Shown here piece by piece: positions 30,336 to 39,661 of a DNA stretch of 64,000 bases. The notes under the pieces were generated by a model. It made no database searches. It was not told where the DNA came from and was given only the letters and a program-made list of their open reading frames with translations. Each line of letters starts with the position of its first letter. The stretch's first letter is position 1. The DNA is from Gemmatimonadaceae bacterium. Lineage in GTDB: Bacteria; Gemmatimonadota; Gemmatimonadetes; Gemmatimonadales; Gemmatimonadaceae. Both the position numbers and the translations under genes were made by a program. Location: the NCBI GenBank assembly GCA_044224185.1, contig JBGAKW010000015.1, forward strand, positions 55,603-119,602, read 5' to 3'.

Positions 30336-31052
30336 GTGAGCCCCAACACGCGTACCCCTTCTGCGCGCCGCGGCGCCCGTCCAGAACTCGTCTATCGCAA
30401 ACTCCGCGAACTGATCGTGCGCGGACAACTCGCTCCCGGCACGCGCATCGTCGAAACCGACGTCGCCAACCGGCTCGGCGTCAGCCGAACTCCCGTGCGC
30501 GGCGCGCTGCAACGCCTGCAACAAGAGGGGTACATCGTCGGGTCGCCGACGTTGCAGCAGTCACGTCCCATGGTCTCGCCCCTCACACGTGACGACGCCC
30601 GCGAACTCTTCTCCATCGTCGCCGAAATCGAAGGGTTGGCCGCTCGTTTTGCGTCGCAGCACCCAAAGGACGTGCGGGAAAAACTCGCCGACGAGCTCAC
30701 GACCATCAACGATCAGTTTCGCAAAGCGGCCGAGGCGAAGCAGCAAAACCACAATCGCCTCTGGGAACTCGATGAGAAGTTCCACCGGCATCTCGTGGAG
30801 TCTGGTGCCGGACCTCGCCTTCTGGCACTGCACGACGCGGTCAAGCCGCAAGCCGAGCGATACGAACGTCTCTATGTGTCCCTGCTTGCGCGCGATCTCT
30901 CAACGTCGGTCAGCGAGCACGTGGGAATCATTCGCGCGGTGAAGAGTGGAATCGCGGACAGTGCGCAGAGCGCTGTGCAGAACAACTGGCGAAATGCGGC
31001 GCTCCGACTCGGGAGTGTCATCGACAACGTTGGCGAACGCGGGCAGTGGTAG
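30336..31052 (+). CDS. GntR-family transcriptional regulator (FadR/FCD subfamily)
   Basis: wHTH YRKLRELIVRGQLAPGTRIVETDVANRLGVSRTPVRGAL followed by an all-helical FCD-like C-terminal domain. GTG start. Confidence 0.85.
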   Translation: MSPNTRTPSARRGARPELVYRKLRELIVRGQLAPGTRIVETDVANRLGVSRTPVRGALQRLQQEGYIVGSPTLQQSRPMVSPLTRDDARELFSIVAEIEGLAARFASQHPKDVREKLADELTTINDQFRKAAEAKQQNHNRLWELDEKFHRHLVESGAGPRLLALHDAVKPQAERYERLYVSLLARDLSTSVSEHVGIIRAVKSGIADSAQSAVQNNWRNAALRLGSVIDNVGERGQW

Positions 31053-31096
31053 CTCCGCGTGACGCCCTTCTGACCCATACGCTCGGACCCTGGACC

Positions 31097-32263
31097 ATGA
31101 CAACACGACGCGATGTCCTGAAGCAACTCGGAGTGGCCGCACTCGGCGCGCCGTTCATCAACCTCAATCGCGTCCGCCCGTTTGCATGGTCAAATGCCGA
31201 GTACTCGGCGCGTGCCGTCAAGCTGGTGACGGAGTCGATTGTCATCGACATGCTCGGACTTCTGTCGCTTGGTCCGGCGGGTGACAAGTGGATCACCAAT
31301 CCCGATTCATTCACCGCCACCGATCTCGAACGCTTCAAGAGTTCGGGAATCAATGTCTTTCACCCCGCGACCGGGACGGGTGGGCCGGACGTCTACGAGC
31401 AGACGTTCTGGTTCCTGAGCGGCTTCAATGGATTTATCGCGGCGCACACTGATGCGTTTCAGCGCATCGACAGCCCGGACGACTTCGCGATCGCGAAGAA
31501 GGCGGGAAAGATCGGTCTCATTCTGGGCGTTCAGAATTCCGAGCATTTCCGCACGTTGAAAGACGTGGAGAATTTCTATGCGTTAGGTCAGCGCGTGTCG
31601 CAACTGACGTACAACTCGCGCAACCTCTACGGCAACGGCTCGACCGAACGGCGCGACGAGGGATTGAGTGATCGTGGCGTTGCCCTCGTGCACAAGATGA
31701 ACGAGCTCGGCATGGCGGTCGACACGGGGCACTGCGGTGATCGCACGACGCTCGACGCGTTCGAGGTCTCGAAGAAGCCAGTGCTCATCACGCACTCCAA
31801 CGTGCGCGCGCTCAACCCCGGACATCCGCGTTGCAAGCCGGACGAAGTCATCAAGGCGTGCGGCAAGGCGGGGAGCGTCATGGGGATCACGGGCGTGCGC
31901 AACTTCGTGAAGGGGAGCGAACCGACAACGATCGAAGATGTGCTCGATCACTTCGACTACGTGGCGAAGATGATCGGTCCCGATCACGTCGGCGTGGGGA
32001 GCGACATCGATCTCGATGGTTACGACAAGATGCCGCCGGACCAATACAAGGCGCTCAAGGCATCGTACAAGGGATCGTATGCCTTCCGCGACAAGATCGA
32101 TGTGGACGGCTTGAACCATCCGAAGCGGATGTACGATCTCACCGAGGGGCTTATTCGTCGGAAGTACACGGACGCGCAGATCACGGGCATTCTGGGCGGC
32201 AACTTCGTGCGCGTGCTGAGTGAGGTCTGGCAGCCGATGCCAGCGGCGGCCGGCGCGAAGTAG
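31097..32263 (+). CDS. Tat-signal M19 (renal-type) membrane dipeptidase family protein
   Basis: Twin-arginine leader MTTRRDVLKQLGVAALGAPF, plus VDTGHCGDRT, LITHSNVRAL and VGVGSDIDLDG. Confidence 0.8.
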   Translation: MTTRRDVLKQLGVAALGAPFINLNRVRPFAWSNAEYSARAVKLVTESIVIDMLGLLSLGPAGDKWITNPDSFTATDLERFKSSGINVFHPATGTGGPDVYEQTFWFLSGFNGFIAAHTDAFQRIDSPDDFAIAKKAGKIGLILGVQNSEHFRTLKDVENFYALGQRVSQLTYNSRNLYGNGSTERRDEGLSDRGVALVHKMNELGMAVDTGHCGDRTTLDAFEVSKKPVLITHSNVRALNPGHPRCKPDEVIKACGKAGSVMGITGVRNFVKGSEPTTIEDVLDHFDYVAKMIGPDHVGVGSDIDLDGYDKMPPDQYKALKASYKGSYAFRDKIDVDGLNHPKRMYDLTEGLIRRKYTDAQITGILGGNFVRVLSEVWQPMPAAAGAK

Positions 32264-32336
32264 GCGGCACGGAGGGGGCGCGAGCGCGCCTCCTTCAGCG
32301 GCCGCGCCTCGTGTGTGGCGTTAGGCAGATCATCCC

Positions 32337-34244
32337 ATGGCGACAATCGTTAGGCGAATCGCGGTAGGCGCGCTGGTCCTCGTGCTGGTGCTCGTGCTGG
32401 TGCTTGCGTGCGGAGTGGTGGCGCTGGGGGTGTGGACGCGCCCCGCGGGGAGCGAGCGCATTCCCGCCGGGATGAAGCGGAATGAGAGCGTGTACGTCCC
32501 GATGCGGGATGGTGTGCGGATTGCCGTCGATGTCTGGTATCCGCCGACGCTCACGCGCGGCGAGCGCGCGCCGACGTTGTTCAAGGCCACGCGCTATGTG
32601 CGCGCCGTGCAACCTGCATGGTTAGGCAGGACGCTCGGCGCATTGCGGCGCTTTCCGCTCGATACGATGGAGATCGGCGCCTTGAATCGCGCGGGGTATG
32701 TCGTCGTGCTGGTCGATGCACGGGGGAGCGGCGCGTCCTTTGGCGTGCGTCCAGTGGAGTGGTCGCACGATGAAGTCCGCGACTACGGCGAACTGGCCGA
32801 GTGGGCCGCGAAGCAGGCGTGGTCCAATGGGCGCGTTGGTGCGTGGGGTGTCTCGTACGATGGCAACACCGCGGAGATGTTTGCGACGACGGGGAGCAGC
32901 GCCGTGCGGGCGGTGGCGCCGCTGTACGATGACTTTGACCCCGCGCTCAACCTCGTGATGCCCGGTGGTGTGCTGACGGCGGGCTTCATGAAGGACTGGG
33001 GCGCTGTCACGGCGGCGATGGACGCCAACGATTTCTGCCGGGTGACCGGCGTGTCGGGGGCAAAGTGCGTGATGCAGCGATGGGTGCTCAAAGGAACGAA
33101 GCCCGTCGATGCCGACAGCCATGGGACGCTGCTCGACAGCGCCGTGGCCTCGCATCGCCCTAACTACGATGTGTATAAGGAGATCTCCACGTTAGGCTTT
33201 CCACGCGATACGTTGCCCTCGGCGAAGGAGACGCTGAGTGCCTTTAGTCCGTTCGCCCATGCGGCAGAGTTGGAGCGTGGTGGGGCGCAGATGCTCGTGC
33301 GCGTGGGATGGCTCGACGCGGGAACGGCCAACGTCGCGCTGGGACGGTTTTTCTCCGTCGGGGCGCCGCAGCGATTGGAGATAGGACCATGGAGTCACGG
33401 CGGCGGGCATCATACCGATCCGTTTCTTCCGGAGCGCACGCCGACCGTCCCGAGTCGCGACGAGCAGTTCCGGCAGATGATTCGATTCTTTGACGGGACG
33501 CTCAAGGGCGCGTCGTCGGCGCCGCTCACGCGCGAGATTCGCTACTACGTCATGAACAAGGGAGAGTGGCGGACGACGACGGTGTGGCCGCCGGCGGAGA
33601 TGAAGGGGACGCGTTGGTACTTCGCGAACGCACAGCGCCTAACGACCAGCAACGAGCCAGGCGTCGGTGAGGACCGCTATACGGTCGACACAACGGTGAC
33701 GACCGGGCAGCGTACGCGATGGCACACGCAGCTCGGGGGGAATGACGTCGTCTACGCGGATCGAGCGGCGACGGACAAGCAGTTGCTCACCTACACAAGC
33801 GACCCGCTGGCGAGTGACATCGAAATCACCGGCGTGCCGGTTGTGTCACTCCAGGTCGCGTCGACGCACGACGACCAGTCGTTCCATGTCTATCTCGAGG
33901 ACGTGGCTCCCGACGGTCGGGTGACCTATGTGACGGAGGGGATTTTCCGGGCGATCAATCGTCGCGTCTCGACGGCGGTGCCACCCTATCGCGTCTTTGG
34001 ACCGTACCACACGTATGCCAAGGCGGATGCGATGCCTCTGGTTCCCGGGGAATTTGCGACGTTGGGGTTCGAGCTCTTCGCGACATCGGTGCGACTGGAA
34101 AAGGGGCATCGCGTGCGAATCGCGTTGGCGGGAGCTGACCGATCGATGTTTGCGCCGATTCCGGCGCATGCGACACCGACGTGGCGGGTGCAGCACGGAG
34201 GGGCGGAGGGGAGTTATGTGGAACTTCCGATGGTAGCGCGTTAG
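32337..34244 (+). CDS. CocE/NonD-family (S15 X-Pro dipeptidyl-peptidase-like) hydrolase
   Basis: GYVVVLVDARGSGASFG, WSNGRVGAWGVSYDG nucleophile region, and a C-terminal jelly-roll-like domain. Confidence 0.8.
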   Translation: MATIVRRIAVGALVLVLVLVLVLACGVVALGVWTRPAGSERIPAGMKRNESVYVPMRDGVRIAVDVWYPPTLTRGERAPTLFKATRYVRAVQPAWLGRTLGALRRFPLDTMEIGALNRAGYVVVLVDARGSGASFGVRPVEWSHDEVRDYGELAEWAAKQAWSNGRVGAWGVSYDGNTAEMFATTGSSAVRAVAPLYDDFDPALNLVMPGGVLTAGFMKDWGAVTAAMDANDFCRVTGVSGAKCVMQRWVLKGTKPVDADSHGTLLDSAVASHRPNYDVYKEISTLGFPRDTLPSAKETLSAFSPFAHAAELERGGAQMLVRVGWLDAGTANVALGRFFSVGAPQRLEIGPWSHGGGHHTDPFLPERTPTVPSRDEQFRQMIRFFDGTLKGASSAPLTREIRYYVMNKGEWRTTTVWPPAEMKGTRWYFANAQRLTTSNEPGVGEDRYTVDTTVTTGQRTRWHTQLGGNDVVYADRAATDKQLLTYTSDPLASDIEITGVPVVSLQVASTHDDQSFHVYLEDVAPDGRVTYVTEGIFRAINRRVSTAVPPYRVFGPYHTYAKADAMPLVPGEFATLGFELFATSVRLEKGHRVRIALAGADRSMFAPIPAHATPTWRVQHGGAEGSYVELPMVAR

Positions 34245-34373
34245 GTGGGCGGCGCTCGAAGGGGTGCGGGCGCGCGCGCCGGGAAGGGGAGGAGGGGGCG
34301 GCGAGGCGGGCGAGAGGTCTGACCTCCGGCGGGCATCGGGAAGTCCGTCCGCATGACTCACGCGGGAATACGA

Positions 34374-34387
34374 AAATGTATACAATT
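34374..34387. promoter_or_regulatory. Second copy of the TGTATACA-centred operator-like palindrome (AAATGTATACAATT) upstream of the D-aminoacylase-like gene
   Basis: The right half-site TACAATT is identical to the 30100-30115 palindrome, with one mismatch in the left half. It lies about 120 nt upstream of the ATG at 34508. Confidence 0.5.
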
Positions 34388-34507
34388 GTAGCAGGCTCCA
34401 CTCGGCCTCACACCGCAGCGCCGGCCAGCGCCTGCCACACGCGCTTACATGCGTAACTCGCGCGCATCAGCGCGACGCGATTCTCTCACGCTTTAGGCTG
34501 CATCAGC

Positions 34508-36196
34508 ATGCGACACACCTTGATCCTCCTCGCCGCGCTCGCGGCATGTTCACACTCCGCGGCGTCACCTGGGCCCGCCCCCTCACCCGCCATCGTGCGC
34601 GATGCAACGCGCGAGGCGATCGACGGTCATGCGCGCACCGGGGCCAATGAGTACGACCTGGTCATCCGCAACGGGCGCGTATTCGACGGGATGGGAAACC
34701 CGTGGATCCTTGCCGACGTCGCCATTCGCGACGGACGCTTCGCCAAGATCGGCAAAGTACTCGGCCAAGGGACCCGTGAAATCGACGCACGAGGACTGTA
34801 CGTCTCGCCGGGGTGGATCGACATGATGGACCAGTCGGGCGGCGTCCTCCCGCGAAACGGGTTAGCCGAGAACAAGCTCCGCCAGGGAGTAACGACGGCA
34901 ATTGGCGGAGAAGGAGGGTTTCCCGTCAGCGCGTCACAGGTGCCGAACTATTTCGCTAACCTGGAAAAGCAGGGAATCTCGATCAACTTCGGCAACTATT
35001 ACTCCGCCACGCAGGCGCGTGTGGCCGCGTTAGGCTACGTGGCGCGCAAGCCGACGCCAGCGGAGTTGGACAAGGAGCGCGCAAGCGTCGATAGCGCCAT
35101 GCGCGCCGGCGCCATGGGACTCACGACAGCGCTGATCTATCCGCCCAGCTCCTACGCGACGACCGAGGAGCTGATCGAGTTGGCCAAGGTGGCGTCGAAG
35201 TATGGTGGCACCTACGCCTCTCACATTCGCGGAGAAGGAAAGGAAGTCGTCGAATCGGTGTCGGAACTCATACGCATTGCCGAAGAAGGGCACGTGCAGG
35301 GCGAAGTCTTCCACCTGAAGGTCGCGTACAAGCCAGGGTGGGGCATCCTGATGGATTCTGTACGAACGGTCGTGGACGCTGCGCGCGCACGTGGGGTAGA
35401 TGTTGCCGCTGATTTGTATGTCTACACCGCCGGCGGAACCGGACTCGAAGCAACGATTCCGAGTTGGGCGCAGGAAGGTGGGCGCGATTCGCTGATGGCG
35501 CGGCTGGCCAAGCCGGAGATTCGCGAACGACTGAAGCGCGAGCAGCAGACTGGCGTTGCGGGATGGTGGAACATCATCGAGGCTGCCGGCGGTTGGGATG
35601 GGATCGTGCTCGTGAATGCGCAGAACCCAGCCAACGCGAAGTACGAGCGCAAATCCATGACGCAGGTGGCGAAGGAGATGGGGAAGGATCCCGCCGATGC
35701 AGCGTTCGATCTCGTGTCGCAAGGGAAAGGGCGCGTGATGGCGATCTACCACATGATGGGCGAACAAGACATCGAGACCGCGCTGCGCTTTCCGTGGACA
35801 AGCATCGGAAGTGATGCTGGTGCCGCACTCGTTGCCGGACAGATCGATCAGACGGGACTTCCGCATCCGCGCATGTATGGCAATGCGGTGCGCGTTGTCG
35901 CTCGTTATGCGCGCGATCGCAAGGTGCTCTCGGTCGAGGAGGCGATTCGCAAACAGACCTCGTGGCCGGCCACGCGCATGCGTCTCGCGAATCGTGGCTC
36001 GATCAAGGAAGGCAACTGGGCTGACGTCACCGTCTTCAATCTCGAAACGCTGAACGACAAGTCGACGTACGATGATCCGCTCGCGTATCCGACGGGGATC
36101 GAATACGTGCTGGTGAACGGCACGGTGACGATCGAGAAGGGCAAACACACCGGCGTTCGCGCTGGTCGCATCCTGTACGGCCCGGGAAAGCAATAA
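34508..36196 (+). CDS. N-acyl-D-amino-acid deacylase (D-aminoacylase)-like amidohydrolase, lipoprotein/secreted
   Basis: DLVIRNGRVFDGMGNPWILADVAIRDGRFAKIG N-terminal barrel, plus YASHIRGEG, VFHLKV and SIGSDAG. Signal/lipobox-like LLAALAACS. Confidence 0.75.
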   Translation: MRHTLILLAALAACSHSAASPGPAPSPAIVRDATREAIDGHARTGANEYDLVIRNGRVFDGMGNPWILADVAIRDGRFAKIGKVLGQGTREIDARGLYVSPGWIDMMDQSGGVLPRNGLAENKLRQGVTTAIGGEGGFPVSASQVPNYFANLEKQGISINFGNYYSATQARVAALGYVARKPTPAELDKERASVDSAMRAGAMGLTTALIYPPSSYATTEELIELAKVASKYGGTYASHIRGEGKEVVESVSELIRIAEEGHVQGEVFHLKVAYKPGWGILMDSVRTVVDAARARGVDVAADLYVYTAGGTGLEATIPSWAQEGGRDSLMARLAKPEIRERLKREQQTGVAGWWNIIEAAGGWDGIVLVNAQNPANAKYERKSMTQVAKEMGKDPADAAFDLVSQGKGRVMAIYHMMGEQDIETALRFPWTSIGSDAGAALVAGQIDQTGLPHPRMYGNAVRVVARYARDRKVLSVEEAIRKQTSWPATRMRLANRGSIKEGNWADVTVFNLETLNDKSTYDDPLAYPTGIEYVLVNGTVTIEKGKHTGVRAGRILYGPGKQ

Positions 36197-36263
36197 TCGG
36201 GTCCGCGCCTAACGACTCATCTCGCATGTTCCACTACGCGGTACTCTTCTAATCACACCTCCC

Positions 36264-38108
36264 ATGTCTCGGCTCGCTCGACGTTGGTCACGCTCCATGC
36301 TGGGCGTTACAGCGCTGGTGGCGGTTTCGGCTGGATCTGCAACTGCACAAAAGAAGGCTGCTGGTCCGTCATTTCCGGCGCTCGACACGTACGTCGCCAC
36401 GGCGATGAAAGAGTTTCATGTCCCGGGTGTCGCCATCGCGATCGTCAAGAACGATTCCATCGTGTATGCCAAGGGTTACGGCACTCGAACCATCGACAAG
36501 AACGAGCCGGTCGATCCGAACACGATCTTTGCCATCGGTTCGGCGTCGAAGGCGTTCACGACAGCGCTCATCGCCATGGCGGTGGACGAAGGGAAGATGA
36601 AGTGGAACGAAAAGGTCACGGCGTACCTTCCCTCGTTCCAGATGTATGATGGATACGCTTCGCGCGACCTAACGATTCGCGACGCGACGTCGCACCGGAG
36701 TGGTTTGGCGCGTGGCGATCTCGCGTGGTACATCGCTGGCTTCCCGCGCGATGAGATTTTGCGTCGGGTCCGCTATCTCGAGCCGAGCTGGGGGTTCCGG
36801 TCTCAGTTCGGTTACCAAAACCTGATGTTTCTCGCCGCCGGCCAGGCCGTTGCGGCTGCCGAAGGGCGTTCGTGGGATGCGTTGGTCCAGTCGAAGATCT
36901 TTGCCCCGTTAGGCATGACGTCATCATCGACGTCGATTACGGCGCTGGCGGAGCGTCCGAACGTTGCGTCGCCGCACGCCGAGTGGGACGACACGGTCCA
37001 CGCCATCCCGTACAAGAACATCGACAACATTGCACCTGCCGGATCGATCAATTCGAATGTCCGCGACATGGCGCAGTGGGTGCGCATGCAACTCGGGCAC
37101 GGGAAGTTCGGATCTCAACAACTCATGTCGACCGGGAACCACGATGAGATGTGGCTCCCGAACATCCACATTCGGCTCGAGGGGCCAACGGCTCATTTCC
37201 TGGCGCCGGGTGCCAACCTCGCGTCGTACGGAATGGGGTGGTTCCTGCAGGATTTCAATGGGCGTCTCGCTGTGCATCACGGCGGAAACATCGACGGAAT
37301 GTCGGCGATGGTCGCGATGCTCCCGGACGAGAAGCTCGGCGTTGTGGTGTTGACGAATCTCGATGGAACGCCAGCGCCAGAAGCGATCTTCCCCTACGTC
37401 TTCGACATGTACACGCGTGACACGCCGCGTGACTGGGTTGGCGAGTACACGAAGATGTTGGAGCCGGCGAAGAAGATGGCGAAGGCGGCGCAGGATGCCG
37501 TCGAGAAGGCGCGTGTCGTTGGTACGAAGCCATCGCTCGAGTTGGCGAAGTATGCTGGCACCTACAACGACTCGCTCTACGGCGACATCAAGATCGTCGA
37601 CAACGGTGGGACGTTGCGCATGCAGTGGGGAGGTTTTGGCGGAACGCTGGAGCATTGGAACTACGATGCCTTCCGCGTCGCGCTCGACGTGCGCCGGATG
37701 GGGAAGCCGATGGCAACGTTCGTACTCGGCTCGAATGGCAAGCCGGCGGAGCTACGCCTCGACATCGCTCCCGAAGGGAAGTTCCGCTACACACCGCCAG
37801 CTGCTGATACCAAGGCGGCGGTGTCGTTGTCGACGGAGCAGCTGCAAGGGCTTGTTGGGAAGTACAAGCCCGACGGAATTCCGCTCGACGTTGATGTGCA
37901 GCTGGTGGGCGATGCGCTCAAGCTCAGCGTGCCGGGACAGCCTACCTACACACTTGTTGCAGTAACCCCAACGCGTTTCAGAATGACGGGGCCACCGGGG
38001 ATGCCCGATGGGTTCTTTGTGGACTTTGAGATGACTGGTGGCAAGGCGACTGGGGCGACGCTGGTGCAGCCGGCGCCTCAGCCGGCACTCAAGCTGAAGA
38101 GGCAATAG
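36264..38108 (+). CDS. Secreted serine hydrolase, beta-lactamase/D-aminopeptidase (S12) family with C-terminal lipocalin-like extension
   Basis: SxxK GSASKAFT, YxN YQNLMF, and HHGGNIDG. Confidence 0.8.
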   Translation: MSRLARRWSRSMLGVTALVAVSAGSATAQKKAAGPSFPALDTYVATAMKEFHVPGVAIAIVKNDSIVYAKGYGTRTIDKNEPVDPNTIFAIGSASKAFTTALIAMAVDEGKMKWNEKVTAYLPSFQMYDGYASRDLTIRDATSHRSGLARGDLAWYIAGFPRDEILRRVRYLEPSWGFRSQFGYQNLMFLAAGQAVAAAEGRSWDALVQSKIFAPLGMTSSSTSITALAERPNVASPHAEWDDTVHAIPYKNIDNIAPAGSINSNVRDMAQWVRMQLGHGKFGSQQLMSTGNHDEMWLPNIHIRLEGPTAHFLAPGANLASYGMGWFLQDFNGRLAVHHGGNIDGMSAMVAMLPDEKLGVVVLTNLDGTPAPEAIFPYVFDMYTRDTPRDWVGEYTKMLEPAKKMAKAAQDAVEKARVVGTKPSLELAKYAGTYNDSLYGDIKIVDNGGTLRMQWGGFGGTLEHWNYDAFRVALDVRRMGKPMATFVLGSNGKPAELRLDIAPEGKFRYTPPAADTKAAVSLSTEQLQGLVGKYKPDGIPLDVDVQLVGDALKLSVPGQPTYTLVAVTPTRFRMTGPPGMPDGFFVDFEMTGGKATGATLVQPAPQPALKLKRQ

Positions 38109-38116
38109 CTCAGAAC

Positions 38117-39661
38117 ATGATGACCCTTACTGTCGTTAGGCGCGCGACGTTCGTGGCGGCGCTTTGCGCGAGCAGCGTTGCAGCGCCGCGTGCGGGCGCG
38201 CAGAAGGCGCCGGCACGCGGACTCCCTGCAGACTTCGATGCCGTAGTCGCCCGGGCGATGTCGACCTTCAAAGTCCCCGGGCTCGCGGTCGCGATCGTCA
38301 AGAATGACTCAGTTGTCTTTGCCAAGGGATACGGCGTACGCAAACTCGGCGCGCCCGAGCCCGTCACACCGAATACGCTTTTTGCCATCGGGTCCACGAC
38401 GAAGGCATTTACCGTGGCGGCGTTGCAGATGCTCGAGCAGGAGGGGAAGCTCAAGCTCGACGACCCCGTCACGAAGTACCTCCCGTGGTTCCAGATGTAC
38501 GACCCATGGGTGACGCGCGAGATCACCCTGCGCGATCTCGTGACGCATCGCAGCGGACTCCCCACGGCGAATGCGGTGTGGTATGGAACTCCGTATTCGC
38601 GCGACGAAGTGCTGCGCAGAGTTAGGTATCGCAAGCCTTCAACGTCATTCCGCTCCACCTGGCAGTACCAGAACGAGATGTTCCTGACGGCGGGGCAGGT
38701 CATTGCAGCTGTCGATGGCCGAAGCTGGGACGATGCCATCAAGGCACGGCTCTTTACGCCGTTAGGCATGGCGAGCTCGGGAACGAGCATCAAGGCCCTT
38801 CCGCAAATGCCCGATGTGGCGCAGCCGCACTTCGAGCACGACGGAAAGTTGAGCGTAATTCCGTATCGCGACATCGACAACATCGGCCCAGCGGGTTCGA
38901 TCAACTCGAGTGTGCGCGACATGGCGCAGTGGGTCCGCTTTCAGCTGGCGAAGGGCAAGTGGAACGGAACACAGCTGCTCAACGCCGCCGCATTCGATGA
39001 CGCGCGCCGCCCGCACATGATGATGCCGGCGTCGCCGTTCGATGACTTCACCTCGCCGGGATCGGCGTTGCACGCGTACGGCATGGCGTGGATGACGTAC
39101 GCATGGAACGGGCATGTGATCGTCGAGCACTCCGGTGGAATCGACGGCATGTCGACGGAAGTGGCACTCGTGCCTGACGAGAATCTGGGACTCATTGTTC
39201 TTTCGAATCTCTCGACGCTCGCGCCGCAGGTGCTGCAGAACTACATCCTCGACGGATACTTCGGTCGCCCCAGAACTGATTGGATCGGGAACGTTGCGAC
39301 CGCGCTCGCGAAGTTCGAGGCGATGGGAAAGGCGGAGGAGGAGAAGGCGGCGCGCGAGCGGGTGAAAGATTCGCGTCCATCACTTCCGCTGGCATCGTAT
39401 ACCGGGACGTACTCAGATTCACTCTACGGCGACGTCGTCGTGCGCGAAGCCGAAGGCGGCCTTCAACTCAACTTCCTCGGCAACCGGCAGGCGCAGCTCG
39501 AACACTGGCAGTTCGATACGTTTCGCGCGCACTGGGACGACGTCGTTCTCGACAAGTCGATGGTGCAGTTCTTCCTCGATACGAGCGGAAAGGTCGAGCG
39601 AGTGCGAATCGGGATGTTCGGCGGCGAGGAGGGCGAATTCGGCAAGCGCGCTCCTCGTTAG
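38117..39661 (+). CDS. Secreted serine hydrolase, beta-lactamase/D-aminopeptidase (S12) family (tandem paralogue)
   Basis: GSTTKAFT, YQNEMF, and EHSGGIDG. Collinear similarity to the upstream gene. Confidence 0.8.
   Translation: MMTLTVVRRATFVAALCASSVAAPRAGAQKAPARGLPADFDAVVARAMSTFKVPGLAVAIVKNDSVVFAKGYGVRKLGAPEPVTPNTLFAIGSTTKAFTVAALQMLEQEGKLKLDDPVTKYLPWFQMYDPWVTREITLRDLVTHRSGLPTANAVWYGTPYSRDEVLRRVRYRKPSTSFRSTWQYQNEMFLTAGQVIAAVDGRSWDDAIKARLFTPLGMASSGTSIKALPQMPDVAQPHFEHDGKLSVIPYRDIDNIGPAGSINSSVRDMAQWVRFQLAKGKWNGTQLLNAAAFDDARRPHMMMPASPFDDFTSPGSALHAYGMAWMTYAWNGHVIVEHSGGIDGMSTEVALVPDENLGLIVLSNLSTLAPQVLQNYILDGYFGRPRTDWIGNVATALAKFEAMGKAEEEKAARERVKDSRPSLPLASYTGTYSDSLYGDVVVREAEGGLQLNFLGNRQAQLEHWQFDTFRAHWDDVVLDKSMVQFFLDTSGKVERVRIGMFGGEEGEFGKRAPR

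Noticed and set aside
34281-34310. G-rich tract GGGAAGGGGAGGAGGGGGCGGCGAGGCGGG with G-quadruplex potential upstream of the second operator
   Set aside because: One loop exceeds the usual 7-nt limit, and G-runs are common in GC-rich intergenic DNA. Too weak to claim function.
35030-36193. 387-aa ORF antisense to the D-aminoacylase-like gene
   Set aside because: Shadow ORF. The sense-strand product has clear family motifs and the antisense product has none.
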